Source of the DNA: Callorhinchus milii
Lineage: Eukaryota
Reading direction: 5' to 3'
Assembly: GCF_018977255.1 (NCBI RefSeq)
Contig: NW_024704743.1
Coordinates: 58,282,001 to 58,346,000, forward strand
Length of the DNA: 64,000 nt
In this document: in pieces, positions 39,437 to 51,994 of the stretch
Position numbering within the stretch: the first letter of the stretch is position 1
Layout: every line of letters starts with the position of its first letter
The notes under the pieces: generated by a model
What the model saw: only the letters and a program-made list of their open reading frames with translations
Told to the model about the DNA's origin: nothing
The model's database searches: none
Program-made: the position numbers and the translations under genes

Positions 39437-39659
39437 ATTCCACCTAGCCGTTGCCTGAAAGATCATTTTGTCTTAAATGTAAGATCCCACAAAATTGTGG
39501 AAAATTCTTAAATTCAGTCTTAATTCAGAAGGCAGTAACCTTAGTTTTTTAAAATGAACCTGTTTCCAAACTGAGCTTGTATTGAAGACTTTTCCACCAA
39601 TCTGCACAATCTTACATTGTAAGGTAAAATGGTTTTAACAGGCCAAGACTAGGTGGAGT
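39437..39659. mobile_element. Complete palindromic MITE-like element (about 223 bp)
   Basis: attccacctag...gcctg..ga.catttt at the left and aaaatggt...caggccaagactaggtggagt at the right; the arms pair imperfectly over most of the length. Confidence 0.75.
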
Positions 39660-41064
39660 TTTAAATGTGAACTATTTAAATGTCTTCAGGTGTGATTTGA
39701 AGATTTGAATGATTATTTGGGGGTTGCTAGTCAGAACAGGCTCTCTTCTGTTTTCAAATAGTGTTATGGGATCTTTAACATCCACCGGAATAAACAGATG
39801 GGACCAGGTTTAACAATTCATTTGAAGAACGGCACCTCCAATAGTGTCAGTCTAGATAATGTGAGATCAAAGATTCAACATCAAGCTTGAATCTACAAGA
39901 GGCAAGATGTCTACCAACAAAGCCAGTCTGACACAAAAAAGATCTTTAAATAGTAAGAAATTGTTCAGGATTTTTAGTTGTCAATCATTCATTGTTCATT
40001 TGACCAAAAATGTAGCTTTGGAAGATCTAAAATTGCAAAGAAGTGGCTTAATGTTAGTGTTCCTGCCTGCTATGTTCCTTCACTGTATTTTAGAAAGGGT
40101 AATATTTGAATAATGGGATGAAGAAAGGCGTAAGAACATGATAAAACGTCATTGACTTTAATTAGGACCTCGGGAGCATTCTGAATTTAATGACAGAGCA
40201 CATCAGGCCTTTTATGACATTTCTGGTGCCATTGAATCAAGCAAACCCATAAATCTTTTTTTAACAACAACAACTCACATTTATATAGAGCCTTTCACAT
40301 ACGAAGGCCATTTCAAAGTGCTTCGCGAACCTGACTAGGAGCCTGAGCTGGGGGTGGGCCGGGGGTGGGGGTGGTGGGGGAAGCTGAGGAGGGGGGACAG
40401 AAGTTGACAGAAAGTGCAATTGATGTAAAGGGGGGTGGGGGGAATGACATTTTCCATAACAGATTTTATCACATTCAATAATGTTAAATCTGTTATGAAA
40501 TATTGCATTTTTCATCACAGAAGGTTTAAGATTTAAATGTCATACAAAACAATCATCCATGGTTTACTGTTTGCTGGTTGCATTATTGCTTCATTTGCTG
40601 AAAGAATATGTTTCTGATGCAATTTGGGAACAATGTGATACAATTTACCTGGTATGACAGATACTTAAAAGATGGAATATAAAAAGTAATTGACTTTGTT
40701 GTAGTCAGTGACTGAACAAAGAATTGACCATCACATGATTTTGTGTTTTTTTTTTAAATTAATTTCAGACGCTTCACTTCAGCAATTTATACAATTTAAA
40801 CAAGTCACCTATAAAAATTGTACATGCTCTTTATATAATTTGTATACAGTGTGAAGATCTGCTTGTTCTGCTTTGTGATTTTTCGTGGAATTATTGGCTG
40901 TCTAATTCATCAACATACAGGGGTACTTTCAAATGAAATGGATGCTGGTTGGCAGCCCTTTAAACCCAATCCACATAGGCACAGGGGGAGTACTGCAATG
41001 TGTCACAACTCATTTGTGCCCTCATACAAACTGACTTAATCTCAAAGTTGTGTTATCATCCAAT

Positions 41065-41480
41065 TCACAATTACGCAAGCTAGAACTCTTCAGTCTTGAG
41101 AGAAATCGACTCAGAGGGGAGTTCGTAGAGGCATATACAACTTTAAATGAGATTCATAAAGTTAACCCAAATCAATACTTTAGGATGCTACAAGATAGAA
41201 GAACTAGAGGACAGAGGTTTATAGTTGTAAAGGGTAATTTCAGGACAGTTACCAGGAAGGTTTTCTTTATTCAGACAGCAATCAATGACTGGAGCAGATT
41301 GCCAGAAAGGATGGTAGAAGCCAGGACATTCTACTAATTTAAAAAGAAGCTGGAATCAGTGATGGTAGGTGCTATATAAATGTAATTTGTTGCTGTTGGT
41401 AGGGTGGGTGCTCTGGGTGGATGAGATCAGGTGTGCTGAAAGAGCCTTCTTCATCAAAACCAATCTTGTGATCTTATGAA
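41065..41480 (+). mobile_element. CR1 LINE 3' fragment
   Basis: ORF LRKLELFSLERNRLRGEFVEAY...RTRGQ...FFIQTAINDWSRLP is a typical CR1 ORF2 C-terminus. Confidence 0.85.
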
Positions 41481-41589
41481 TGTGAAATGTGTGTCATAGT
41501 TAAACAAATGGATTCAGTTCAAACTTAAAAATTAAATAGAAGAGATATGAAACAGACAGTATATGATTTGAATGTTGGGAAATACTTGC

Positions 41590-42082
41590 AAGTCTATCAG
41601 TTCTATCAGTTCTAACACTGATAGCAGAAAAATTGTACAAATAAATATGGTGTGGGAAATGGAGTGAAGTGTTTTTTTTCCAGGAGTATTTTGTTCTCCT
41701 TTATACAATCATAGAATTATACAGCACAGAAGGAGACCATTTGTCCCATTGTGTCTGTGCCGGCTCTTTTAAAAGAGCTATCCAAATCAATCCCACTCCC
41801 CCATTCTCTCCCCATATCGCTGCAAACTTCTTCTCCCCAAATAATTATCTATTTCTCTCTTAAGAGTTGCTATTGAATCGGCTTCCACCATCTTTTCAGG
41901 CAATGCATTCCAGATCCGAACAACTCACTGTGTGAAAAAAATTCTCCTCACCTCCTCTCTGTTTCTTTTAACAACTATTTTAAATCAGTGCCGTTGGGTT
42001 ACCGACCCACCTGCAGGTGGAAATGGTTTCTCCTTGCTCCCCCTATCGAATCCCTTCATAATTTTGAAAACTTCAATAAAAT
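41590..42082 (-). repeat. Inverted duplication 2, left arm (CR1 3' end plus about 115 bp of non-repeat flank)
   Basis: Position p pairs with 88913-p; ORFs 41669-41863 (+) and 47050-47244 (-) differ at one residue; about 10 differences by eye. Confidence 0.95.
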
Positions 42083-42106
42083 GTGCCGGGTAACACTTCT
42101 GGTTCA

Positions 42107-42510
42107 TCTACTTCTATGTATATATATAATATATAATAATAAAACAACAATGTCTGTCTGCGCTTCAAGAAGGATCTCAACAACCGATTGACATAGAGAC
42201 ATGATTTATACCTCATCAGAAAGGTCTTGTAACTGGGAGTGACACAGGCATATTTCTTTTGGATATCTCCTGTTGTTCATGAGTTATGACCTAAAATGTA
42301 TTTCAGTTTTGCGTCTTTCGCTTCAGATGCACCTGGTGACTATGGTGCTGTGGCATCATGCGTCACAGAGCATGTACGTTTGCGTGCGCACACTGCAGTT
42401 TCACCTGGTGGCCGAACCAGCTGACCGTTGCGCTGCAGAATCCTGCATCACAAAGCACGCACGTAACCAAGCGGCGGTGGGAACAAAATGAAGAGCACAG
42501 ACGAAGCTAA
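42107..42510 (+). mobile_element. Possible non-autonomous Helitron 5' fragment
   Basis: A|TC start, (TA)-rich leader, aaaac..atgtctgtctg and atctcaacaaccgattg resemble Helitron 5' ends (from recall); CpG-rich; no 3' hairpin plus CTAG found. Confidence 0.4.
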
Positions 42511-43141
42511 GCCATGGCAACAAAAACAAAATGACACTTTTAAAGCGCCTTTCACATCAGGAGGATGTCCCAGTGATTATAAATTATACATTTATATTTA
42601 TCATTATAAAGCTGCCTAAGTAAAAATCAAACCTTTCAAGGATAAGTAAAAATGCTGGACAAAAGCGAGAGGCCCATTAAATGAAACTGAAGAACAAAAG
42701 AACAGCGCGGCTGCTCTTCAATCCTGAAAGGATTGCAACAGCGCGCCAAAATGAATTGCCCACTCAAAGAACAGCAAGGCCAAGATGAGTCCTCCCACAG
42801 GAGTCCTCCCAGATGAGTATAGATAAAGATGAAATGTGTGTGTGTCGGTCTGTGTGTCAATCTACATTCCATATTGGATCCTTTGGTTGCAAGAGTAACT
42901 GCACTGGGTATAGGTAGTCTTTGATAAATGAATTTCAATGCAGTATTGAATTGATACAACCAAAAAGGTGAGCCTGAATTTCAGGCCATTCTCAAATCAG
43001 CATATCATCAAATATGTTTTTTAAAAATCTGCAATACAGTTACATTGCCATCAGTGTAATGACAAAATACATGTTCAACTAACATCATGGATAGACAACC
43101 AGCATGAAATATATGTTTTGAAATGAATGAAATAATGCAAT

Positions 43142-45085
43142 TACAACAATAACAATAAAATTACATTTATAAAGCGTCTTTCACGTCGGGAGGACGTCCC
43201 AAGGCACTGGTAAGATGGAGTTACGCACCTGAGCTGGGGGTCGGGGGGGGGGAGGGTGGAGAGCAGGGGGGGAAGCAGGGATATCGAACGCACAAAGGGT
43301 CTTCAGGGTGGCAAGGGAGGAGGCGAGGTGGAGGGACTGCGAGATGGATTTCCAGAGGATGGGGGCAGAGTGGCGGAAGGCCCGCCCGCTGATAGTAGGG
43401 TGAGCAATGCGGGGGACGTGAAGCAGGCCGGAGCCCACTGAGCGGATGGATCGAACAGGATGGTTCGGAGGTTAGGAGGTCACAGAGTAGAGGGGAGCAA
43501 GTCCACGAAGGGCTTTGAAGGTGAGGACCAGGATCTGTATCCTCTGTGTGATGGGAAGCCAGTGGAGTCGGGTGAGGATGGGGGTGATATGGTTGCGGTG
43601 CCTGGTGCAGGAGAGGACACGGGCTGCAGAGTTCTGGATGATCTGCAACCTGTGGAGGGAGGAGTTGGGGAGGCCGACAAGCAGTGAGTTTGCATAGTCA
43701 AGCCTTGATGTAATGAAAGCATGTAAGACAGTGGTGTGAAACAGTGGCGGAGCCAAGTGACGTTGCGGAGGTGGGGCAATGTAGGGTAGAAAGGATAGTT
43801 GAGGGTCAAACAAGGTTCTGGACTGGATTAGCAAGGTGGAGAGTGCAACCATGGATGGTGATGCTGTCAGCGCCTGAGGTGGGGAGACGCTGACAGGAGC
43901 CAATCAGGAGAGCCTCGGTCTTGTTGACGTTCAACTGGAGATAGTTTGCTCTCATCCAGGACTTGATGTCTGACAGACATTCTGTCAGGACAGCAGTGGT
44001 CCTGGAGTCGAGCGTGGAGGCAGAGAGGTAGAATTGAGTGTCAACCACATACATGTTGAAGTTGACCCCATGTCTGTGGATGATGTTATCAAGAGGGAGC
44101 ATATAGATACTGAAGAGGAGGGGACCAAGGACAGAGCCCTGAGGAACGCCACAAGAGATGGTGCAGGAGCTAGAGGAGAAGCCGTTTGAGGAGATGAAGT
44201 GCAGGCAGTGTGAGAGGTACGATCTAAACCAGTCAAAATCAGAGCCATGGAGGTTGAGGTGAGCGGAGAGGCAGTGGATGAGGTTGGAGTGATGGACGGT
44301 GTCGAAAGCAGCAGAGAGATCAAGGAGGACAAGGAGGCAGAGGGAGTCCTGGTTCCAAATGGACAGAATGTCAGTGTCACTTTCACCAGGGCAGTTTCTA
44401 TGCTGTGGGCAGCACAGAGGCCCGATTGGAAAAGTTCGAGAAGCAGGTGGCAAGGAGAGGAAAGAGCGAAGCTGAGAAGCAAGAACTCATTCCAGGACCT
44501 TGGAGAGGAAGGGCAGGTTGGAAATGGGGCAGTAGTTAGGGTGTAGAGAAGGGTCCAGGGAGTGTTTTTTAAGGATAGGAGTGATGACAGCGGTTTTTAA
44601 TGCAGTGGGAACAGTACCAGAGGATAGGGAGAGCTTTACGATGTCAGTGAGGAGAGGGGCAAGGAGGTAGAGCTGGGAGGTCAGGAGAGGGATAGGGATG
44701 GGGTCGAGGGAGCAGGTGGTCAGTTTCACACGGGTTATGGTGGTGATGAGAGAGGAGGCGGAGACAGGTTCAAAGGTGTGGAGAGAGGGGTGGGTAGGGG
44801 CCGGGTTGGGAGGAGGAGATGTGAAGTGTGCAGCAGATGCAGTGGCAAGGCAGCTGAGCGGATTCCCTCAACTTTGGATTTGAGGAAGTCCAGCATCGCC
44901 TCGCAGTTGGCATTTGAGGACGGGTGAGGCATGAGAGGGTGGGCGGAGGAGTCGGTTCGTGATGGAGAAGAGGAGCCTGGGGTTCTCCTTAGCCTCCAAG
45001 ATTGTCTTGGAGTAGAGCAACGATTTAGTGGAGGCGAGGGCGGAGCAGTAGGATTTGATATGGTCCAGCCAGATCTGCCAACGGA
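43142..45085 (-). mobile_element. L2 LINE, about 1.9 kb, 5'-truncated, with a frameshifted RT domain
   Basis: ORFs contain LDPIP, NYCPISNLPFLSKVLE, LLDLSAAFDTVHH, GVPQGSVLGPLLF, YVVD (degenerate YADD) and HAFITSRLDYAN; L2 tail at 43142-43210. Confidence 0.95.
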
Positions 45086-46494
45086 CCATGAATTAATAAA
45101 ATTTATATACCAACCTAGCTGTATTAAGGTAAGTTAACATCCCCAAAACAACCTTGTACAGATTATTTATTGTTCTCTAAAATCTTTTTCTTAGTATTAA
45201 AGTATTAATTAACAGTATTAAGGTATTAATAATAATGCTATTAATATTAATAATACTAATCGACAATTGGACACTTAGCCAATAATTCAGATTTGATACC
45301 AATTGTATCACAGTTTGTGCTATTTTAATGTTGGTTAATTTGTTGTCCAGCCTTACTGGCCATAGAGCAAATCCTCAGCTCCCAGATTGAAGCAGCAGGG
45401 ATTTTCTGTACTAAAAGAAACTCCCTTTACAAAAATTGTCCTCCGTGCTATTAACTTGGTAGATTGAATTTCATCAAAAAATACTACGACATACCAGCTT
45501 CAGTGGTGTTTTAAACCAAATGTTCTCATTTTAAACCGATGCATGACTGGAAACAAAGATGATTCAATTTGTATCCTTGACGCTGAAACCCATTAACTCA
45601 ATGACAAGATGCATTCACTTGAATAAGGAAAAATATGATCCAGAAAGACATGAAAAGCAGCGAGGGTGAGACAAGTGAGAGAACAGAGTCAGAGGTAACA
45701 TTTTACAAATTAAATAAAGTAAGATAATAGTGTGCCTTTTTTATCACATTGTTTCTGAGAATAAGTTTTTCATGTTCCAACTTCAAGAGTTTAATATCTT
45801 ACCCAACCCATGAACTTTGCAGATTCATCATAATTCGGTGAACCCCAAATCATGAACCAGAGCAATGATTTCCAAACAAGTTTTCCCCTGAAGGTTTCAG
45901 TGGCCATTTGTCTGTGAAGGTAGTTTACAAAACTGTATTGCGAGTGAGCGTTTATGTTGACTGCACAAGGCTCCTAAAAAAAGAATTAAACATTGTTATT
46001 GTGCATGTCAGAAGGTTACACCATTTTCCCTCCACATATGCATGAAATCTAGTTTCAGCTCCTGCTCATGATCTGTGCTACAATGAAGACACAACAGAAA
46101 TTGGAATGAAAAAAGACGGTTTGTTCAAGCAAGATCACTCCTTCCAACAAATGATACATATCCTGTACTGTCACAAATTCTACCCAAACTCATTCAATTT
46201 CCCAAAGAACAATCACAAATAAAACTTTGAAGAAGTCAGTGTACTGAAATGTCTCCCTGCTGCTTTCTGCATGGTAAGGAACAAAAACAAGTCCAAGATA
46301 TCAAAGCAGCAATGCAATTCATATCAGAAACCCGGAATTTAATCTAATCCGATTTTCATTTAAAAAGCATTTTGAGGCAGTGATGGACAATGATAGGGAT
46401 TGGTATCCTGGAGAGATGAAATTGGATCAGCTTGTGATCTTGTGAAAGACCATTTTGTCCTAAAATGTACAATCACGCATTCGCAATATACTAC

Positions 46495-47210
46495 ATAGAT
46501 GAGAAGGAACAGAGAGACCTGGGGGTCAATATAAGTAAATATTTGAAGGTAGATAAAGCTGTTAAAAAAGCTTACAGGATACTAGGCTTTATAAATAGGT
46601 GCATAGAATAGAAAAGTCAGGAAGTTATGATGAACCTTTATAAAACACTGGTTAGGCCTCAGCGAGAATACTGCATTCAGTTCTGGGCACCACGCTTTAG
46701 GAAGGATGTCAAGGCATGGGAGAGGATGCAAAGGAGATTTACCCGGATGGTACCAGGAATGAGGGACTTCAGTTATGAGAGGCTAGAGAAGCTAAGATTA
46801 TTCTCCTTGGAGCAGAAAAGGTTAAGAGGAGATTTTATAGAAGTTTTCAAAATTATGAAGGGATCGATGGGGGGAGCAAGGAGAAATCATTTCCACCTGC
46901 AGGTGGGTCGGTAACCCAACGGCACTGATTTAAAATAGTTGTTAAAAGAAACAGAGAGGAGGTGAGGAGAATTTTTTTCACACAGTGAGTTGTTCGGATC
47001 TGGAATGCATTGCCTGAAAAGATGGTGGAAGCCGATTCAATAGCAACTTTTAAGAGAGAAATAGATAATTATTTGGGGAGAAGAAGTTTGCAGCGATATG
47101 GGGAGAGAATGGGGGAGTGGGATTGATTTGGATAGCTCTTTTAAAAGAGCCGGCACAGACACAATGGGACAAATGGTCTCCTTCTGTGCTGTATAATTCT
47201 ATGATTCTAT
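46495..47210 (+). mobile_element. CR1 LINE 3' fragment (about 700 bp)
   Basis: ORF LYKTLVRPQREYCIQFWAP...RLEKLRLFSLEQKRLRGD; end attctatgattctat. Confidence 0.92.
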
Positions 47211-47323
47211 AAAGGAGCACAAAATACTCCTGGAAAAAAAACACTTCACTCCATTTCCCACACCATATTTATTTGTACATCTTTTCTGCTATCAGTGTTA
47301 GAACTGATAGAACTGATAGACTT
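46832..47323 (+). repeat. Inverted duplication 2, right arm
   Basis: Reverse complement of 41590-42082. Confidence 0.95.
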
Positions 47324-47649
47324 CCAACTCACTACTTTGATTACAGGTTAGCAGGATACTAGCTTTTTAATAAACAAAATCTCAAAAGCCGGCTTCCCTA
47401 TATCAAATCTGTTGTGAAACTTTGCGTTTTGCAGCCCAAAAATGGTCTTAACAGGGAAATGGATAGGCTCCTGGAAATTAAAAGGATTCAAGATTATTAG
47501 ACAATAGATGTGCTGAAACAATCTTTTGGGAAGACAAGCTAGTTGAAGATAAGCTAGTTGGCCCAATTTGTATACCCCTGCCTGAAACTGTTACTGTGCG
47601 TGTTTTTATCATTGCCTCTGACTACCTTGTCTCATATCAGCACAGTGAT

Positions 47650-49020
47650 TGTCAACAGAAATTCTTCAACCTGGGTAATAGAATGAAAACGTTTTATCAA
47701 TGAAGAACGTGAGGCTCAAAGAGTATAAAGGTGAATGCATTCCTTCAGGACCAATTTGTGTAACAAAGGGCAGCCAACATTGACTACCTGCAACACGCAT
47801 TGTGCAGTGAATTATTATATGACAAACACTTAAAAGCTAAAATGTCACCTCTTATAGAATCAACCTCAGTGTAACTGGAAAACATGTGGGTTTTGTCAAG
47901 TGGCATGGAGACAGACTATTAAAACAAAAACACAGTTCTGAAAGGAAAGTGCTTCTATTTGAAGAAATGGGAAAGAAGGTATCTTACTTGTCACGTCACT
48001 GAATATTTCAAGCAAAGAAAGTGCAGGCAATTAGTAAGGATTTAGTTCCTCTTGCTGACGTTTAAATGGTCTGTGAGGTGTCAGGGAGAAACTGTTAGTA
48101 AAATGACAGCCATCCCATTGTCCTGTGGCATCAAGAAACTAGTAAATGATAAAGTGCAGGAAGTTTAGACTTTTTTTTTGCTCTCTGAAATTGGACAGGT
48201 CTTCCAATCTGTCAAGATCTCCTTGTTTATGAGCATGATTTTGAAGGCGGATAGTTTAAGGATGAACTACTTTTATATCGTGAGGTGTCAACCGACAGGT
48301 GAAGCCATTTTCCAATTTTCAAGTTGAACTCCCTGCACTAGATAAATGTTATTAGAATTTGTAAAGATGGAGCTTTATATAAGCAAGACATAAGGTGGTA
48401 ATAGTAGTTCATGTGAAGGCGAAAGCTCATTACCTTACAGTAACAAATTGCATGTTGTATGTGAAAGCACTGGTGGCTAAAAATATGACTCCTGAGCTTC
48501 ATCAAATACTTGACAATGTTCTGAAAGAACTAAGCTTTGTGAAGCCAGGGCCACTGAATGACAGACGTTTTTCAATTATGTGTTTAGGGATAGATACTGG
48601 ATATATGAACATCTGCAGTTTGACACAGAAGCCCATTTGTTTTAGGGTAGATACTTTTAAGAGAACTTGGTTATCAGCTTGCTGATTTGCTGAAAGCTTG
48701 AAACTCAGCCTTCAGTGGCGTTTCTCAATGATCAGGTACAGTTTGTGAAATCTGAAATATTTATTTTAATGTCATGAATGAAAGTACGCCAGAGTAAGAG
48801 GTTCCATTTCCCATATATCAAAACAATGTTACAACAAATTACTCGCTAGGGTTATAGGTATGCTTCTCATTCTGTCACCAACATTTCAGAGCTTTCTGAT
48901 TGATTGTTTTTTATCTGAGGCTGCTCTTAAACACATTTCATAACTTTTCTAATACATCCCAAAAAATCTATGATACTACTTCAAGAAGCCCATTGCAACA
49001 TAACTGGATTCAGTCTCAAT
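47650..49020 (+). pseudogene. Highly decayed hAT (Charlie/Buster group, ZBED5/FAM200-like) transposase fossil
   Basis: ORF 48395 TNCMLYVKALVAKNMTPELHQILDNVLKELSFVKPGPLNDRRFSIMC resembles THC.IH..ALAAK.M...L..VL..V....NFIK..PLN.R.F...C. Upstream remnants resemble FALQLDES (about 48178) and ICTDGA (about 48356-48374, reads ICKDGA). Outer limits are approximate. Confidence 0.75.
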
Positions 49021-49029
49021 CATAGCTAT

Positions 49030-49125
49030 TTTGGGGTGACTGGGCTTATTAATGAGTAATTTGAGGTATTATTGGGTGACTTGGGGTATCATGGGGTAAG
49101 TTAAGGTATTGTAGGGTGACTTGCA
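49030..49125. repeat. Degenerate 20-bp-period tandem repeat
   Basis: ttgaggtattattgggtgac / ttggggtatcatggggtaag / ttaaggtattgtagggtgac. Confidence 0.7.
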
Positions 49126-50699
49126 ATGTTTACCAATTGGATTTGTTGCACCAATTGCGAACATGAGAAACCATTTGATTTGGAAGTTGTGCAAAGTGAC
49201 GAAAGGTGAATCCTAGAAGTCTGTGATGGCAGCAGATTTGAGGGAGGAGCTGGTTGCACGGGATCAAAGATCTTAGGGAGAAGCATTGATCATATTAGTG
49301 AATCATAACTCTGGTGTATTAGACCACAGATATTTACAACACAGGAGGAGGCACTTCAGCCTGTTGTGCCTGTGGGGTATTAATGAAGAAATTTGTAGTG
49401 TTTCTTAATACTTTCCTTGTGTGATTTAACACAAGGAATGGATAATGGAATGTTGCAAATTTTACCCATTACATTTTGCAACTCACAACAACTGAACAAA
49501 AAGATTAGAATTGTTGGGAATCAGGTGAGGACATTAAGTGGGACACAATGTGGGAGTACTGAATTCTCCTAAGGTTAATTGTTTTCCCTTTGATGGCTAA
49601 TCTAAAAAGTGGTGCGTTTACGGAAAATGGCACATCAAATCTTTAATAATGTCTGTTCTGACAACCTTGACATTTTCTCAATCAGCACTACCCACAATTT
49701 CAGATGTTAAGTGCCTTAAATCCACCTCTGTAATACGAAGTGGCATTGACGTTGACAACCCATATCTGTGGCAGTTAAGAGCTATAGCAACCATCATTCA
49801 ACCCTTACAGCCAAGATAGACACAATCCGGTTCAGCATTGATAGGATTTTGACAGCCAAAATCTATACAATGGAGAAAAGACATAAGATACCAACCTCAA
49901 ACGGAGAAAGCTCAAGCTGAACTAAGAATAGCTCAGGACCTCATGCCCTAGTATTTCTGTCTTTCTTCAACTGATGTGAAACCTATAGAGATCAATTGCA
50001 CTCATTGCATCTCAATGTGTGAATGCAAGAGAATAACTTCTCTGGGTCATGGCACTGAGAATTCTTAGATTTATTAATAAAAGCCCATTTTTCTAACCTC
50101 CAAGGGAGAGAGGAACTTCAGCTTTTCAAGGTAGCATAAACTGGGTGAATACTGACTTCTGAGTCGAGGTCCAGAAATAGAACAAGGAATATGAGTAACT
50201 GATGAGATGTCCGAAAACTGCACAGCTGATAAATGTTTTTTATTAGTCACCTGGGATCACAGTTTAGTGAAAAACATAGCTTCGGGATAGGATGAACATA
50301 AACTAATGGATGAAAAGCATGGAAGAAGGAAATACAGCTTCTCAAAACCCTTTCAGTATGACAGTGCTTCATACTGAAGGACTGTCCATGAGGAGTGGAG
50401 AAGAAAAATTATTTGCTTGTGTTTACAGATCATTTACTGAAGGTTTCCAGTCAACATAGCTATTATTAACAAACCTATTCAAATATTCCATGGTATCTTG
50501 GGAATATTTAATTACAAGGCAGAGGCTCGAAATTAGCCTACAAGACCATTTGTTTAAAGATTCAAGTTTGCTCAGAATTGTAAATACTTCTTAAACTCAG
50601 TATTTATTTGGAAGCTGGTTCTTTATAAGAACTGCGGAAAATGAGCCATCAATTACAATTGAATTTAAGAATTTCTAACGATTAGAATAGCAGTATAAA

Positions 50700-51677
50700 T
50701 GTTAGAAAATAAAATCAGCCATAATCCGTTTGCAACCAGATATCAGACTGTTTTATTATTATTCGTTCATTATTCCCCAATATCCTGATGGGTCAGACTA
50801 AAGGCCGGTACAATCAACAGATCTTATAACAGAATAATACCACCGTAGATATCTCAAGTTCAACACTGTGTCTTTCCAGCACATGAGCTTGATTCTTCAT
50901 GCTTTCAGTCTTCTTGCATACAACTTTCAATCTTCCATCTGATATCCTCAGTCTTAGTGTTTCTAGCTCTCAGTCTTCCATCTCCCGTATCCTTGTCTCC
51001 GCAGCCCGGGATGGCCCCATCTCCCGTACCCTTGTCTCCGCGACCCGGGATGGCCCCATCTCCCGTACCCTTGTCTCCGCGACCCGGGATGGCCCCATCT
51101 CCCGTACCCTTGTCTCCGCGACCCGGGACGGCCCCGTACACAAAGTTATCGGAACTCTTATACTGATGTTCGTCCAATCATGGTGCGGACATTAGATCAC
51201 CTGTCGAAATCATGCTGGGTTCACGTGAACACCTCATGGGGTGTACGTGCCTCAGCAAACATACACATTGTCCTTAAGACCCCTGTTATCTGATGCTTGT
51301 TATTTTGTAAGGTGGGATCATTAGTACATTCCTTTTAAGTGACTGGTTATTTCTTATCAGTATCCTGGGTTGGTACCAAGGTCCTCTAGTTTAAGCAACT
51401 TGCTCATTATTTGCTATTCTTGAGGGTTGCCTTTTGTTGCTTGGCAGCCCTGTTAGAATCTAGCGACCTATTGCTTAGTCGAGATCCTGTGTTGACCGGT
51501 ACCTTGGACCATTACCTCTGTGGGCTTGTTGTCATTTACTGATGGGTGACCCCCTGCCCTTTTCCAAAGCTGTCCTGTAATTCTTTCAAAAACAGGAAAA
51601 CCAGATGTGTCCTATCCCATGACTGTCAGTCCAGTTGCCCTCCCACACTTAAGTTAAAAGTTAACCCATTCACAACA
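50700..51677 (-). mobile_element. Putative solo LTR (about 975 bp)
   Basis: TGTT..AACA termini; on the minus strand a TATA-like motif (about 50823-50829) precedes AATAAA (50752-50757), which lies about 50 bp from the end; internal GC-rich tandem repeat; no clean TSD. Confidence 0.45.
50978..51135. repeat. 39-bp x4 GC-rich minisatellite
   Basis: Unit ccatctcccgtacccttgtctccgcgacccgggatggcc; the units are nearly identical. Confidence 0.95.
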
Positions 51678-51994
51678 TCTATTATGATTCTAGCAGTATA
51701 CAAAAAGTGTATATTCTAACATAAATATAGAAATATTCGGCACAGAAGAGGGATATTTGGTACATTGTGTCCATGGCACTGCTATAAGATCTTAAGTTTT
51801 GAGAAATGAAGATGGAAAAGTTCTAGTGAGGGTTACATACAGCACCCAATGTGCAATTATAATGGGAAGCCTTTTAGTAGCTTTCACCACCAAAGATATC
51901 TCAACCCTTTCTCTGCAACTGCCTCAAACCTACACAACCAGATGCTCCCTCTGGTCCACAGTCATTGGCCTATTTCACGTCCCATCCTGGAGTC

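Noticed and set aside
43472..44729. Functional reverse transcriptase gene or a novel RT system
   Set aside because: Ordinary L2 ORF2 with frameshifts and stops, catalytic YADD mutated to YVVD, and no endonuclease domain or 5' end.
47641..47680. V(D)J recombination signal heptamer CACAGTG (also at 46981, 56807 and 62980)
   Set aside because: No ACAAAAACC-like nonamer at 12 or 23 bp spacing and no Ig/TCR segments nearby.
50899..51195. Repeat protein ORFs (PISRTLVSATRDG)n, or a CRISPR-like array
   Set aside because: The open frames result from a stop-free 39-bp unit. The units are contiguous with no spacers, there are no cas genes, and the DNA is vertebrate.
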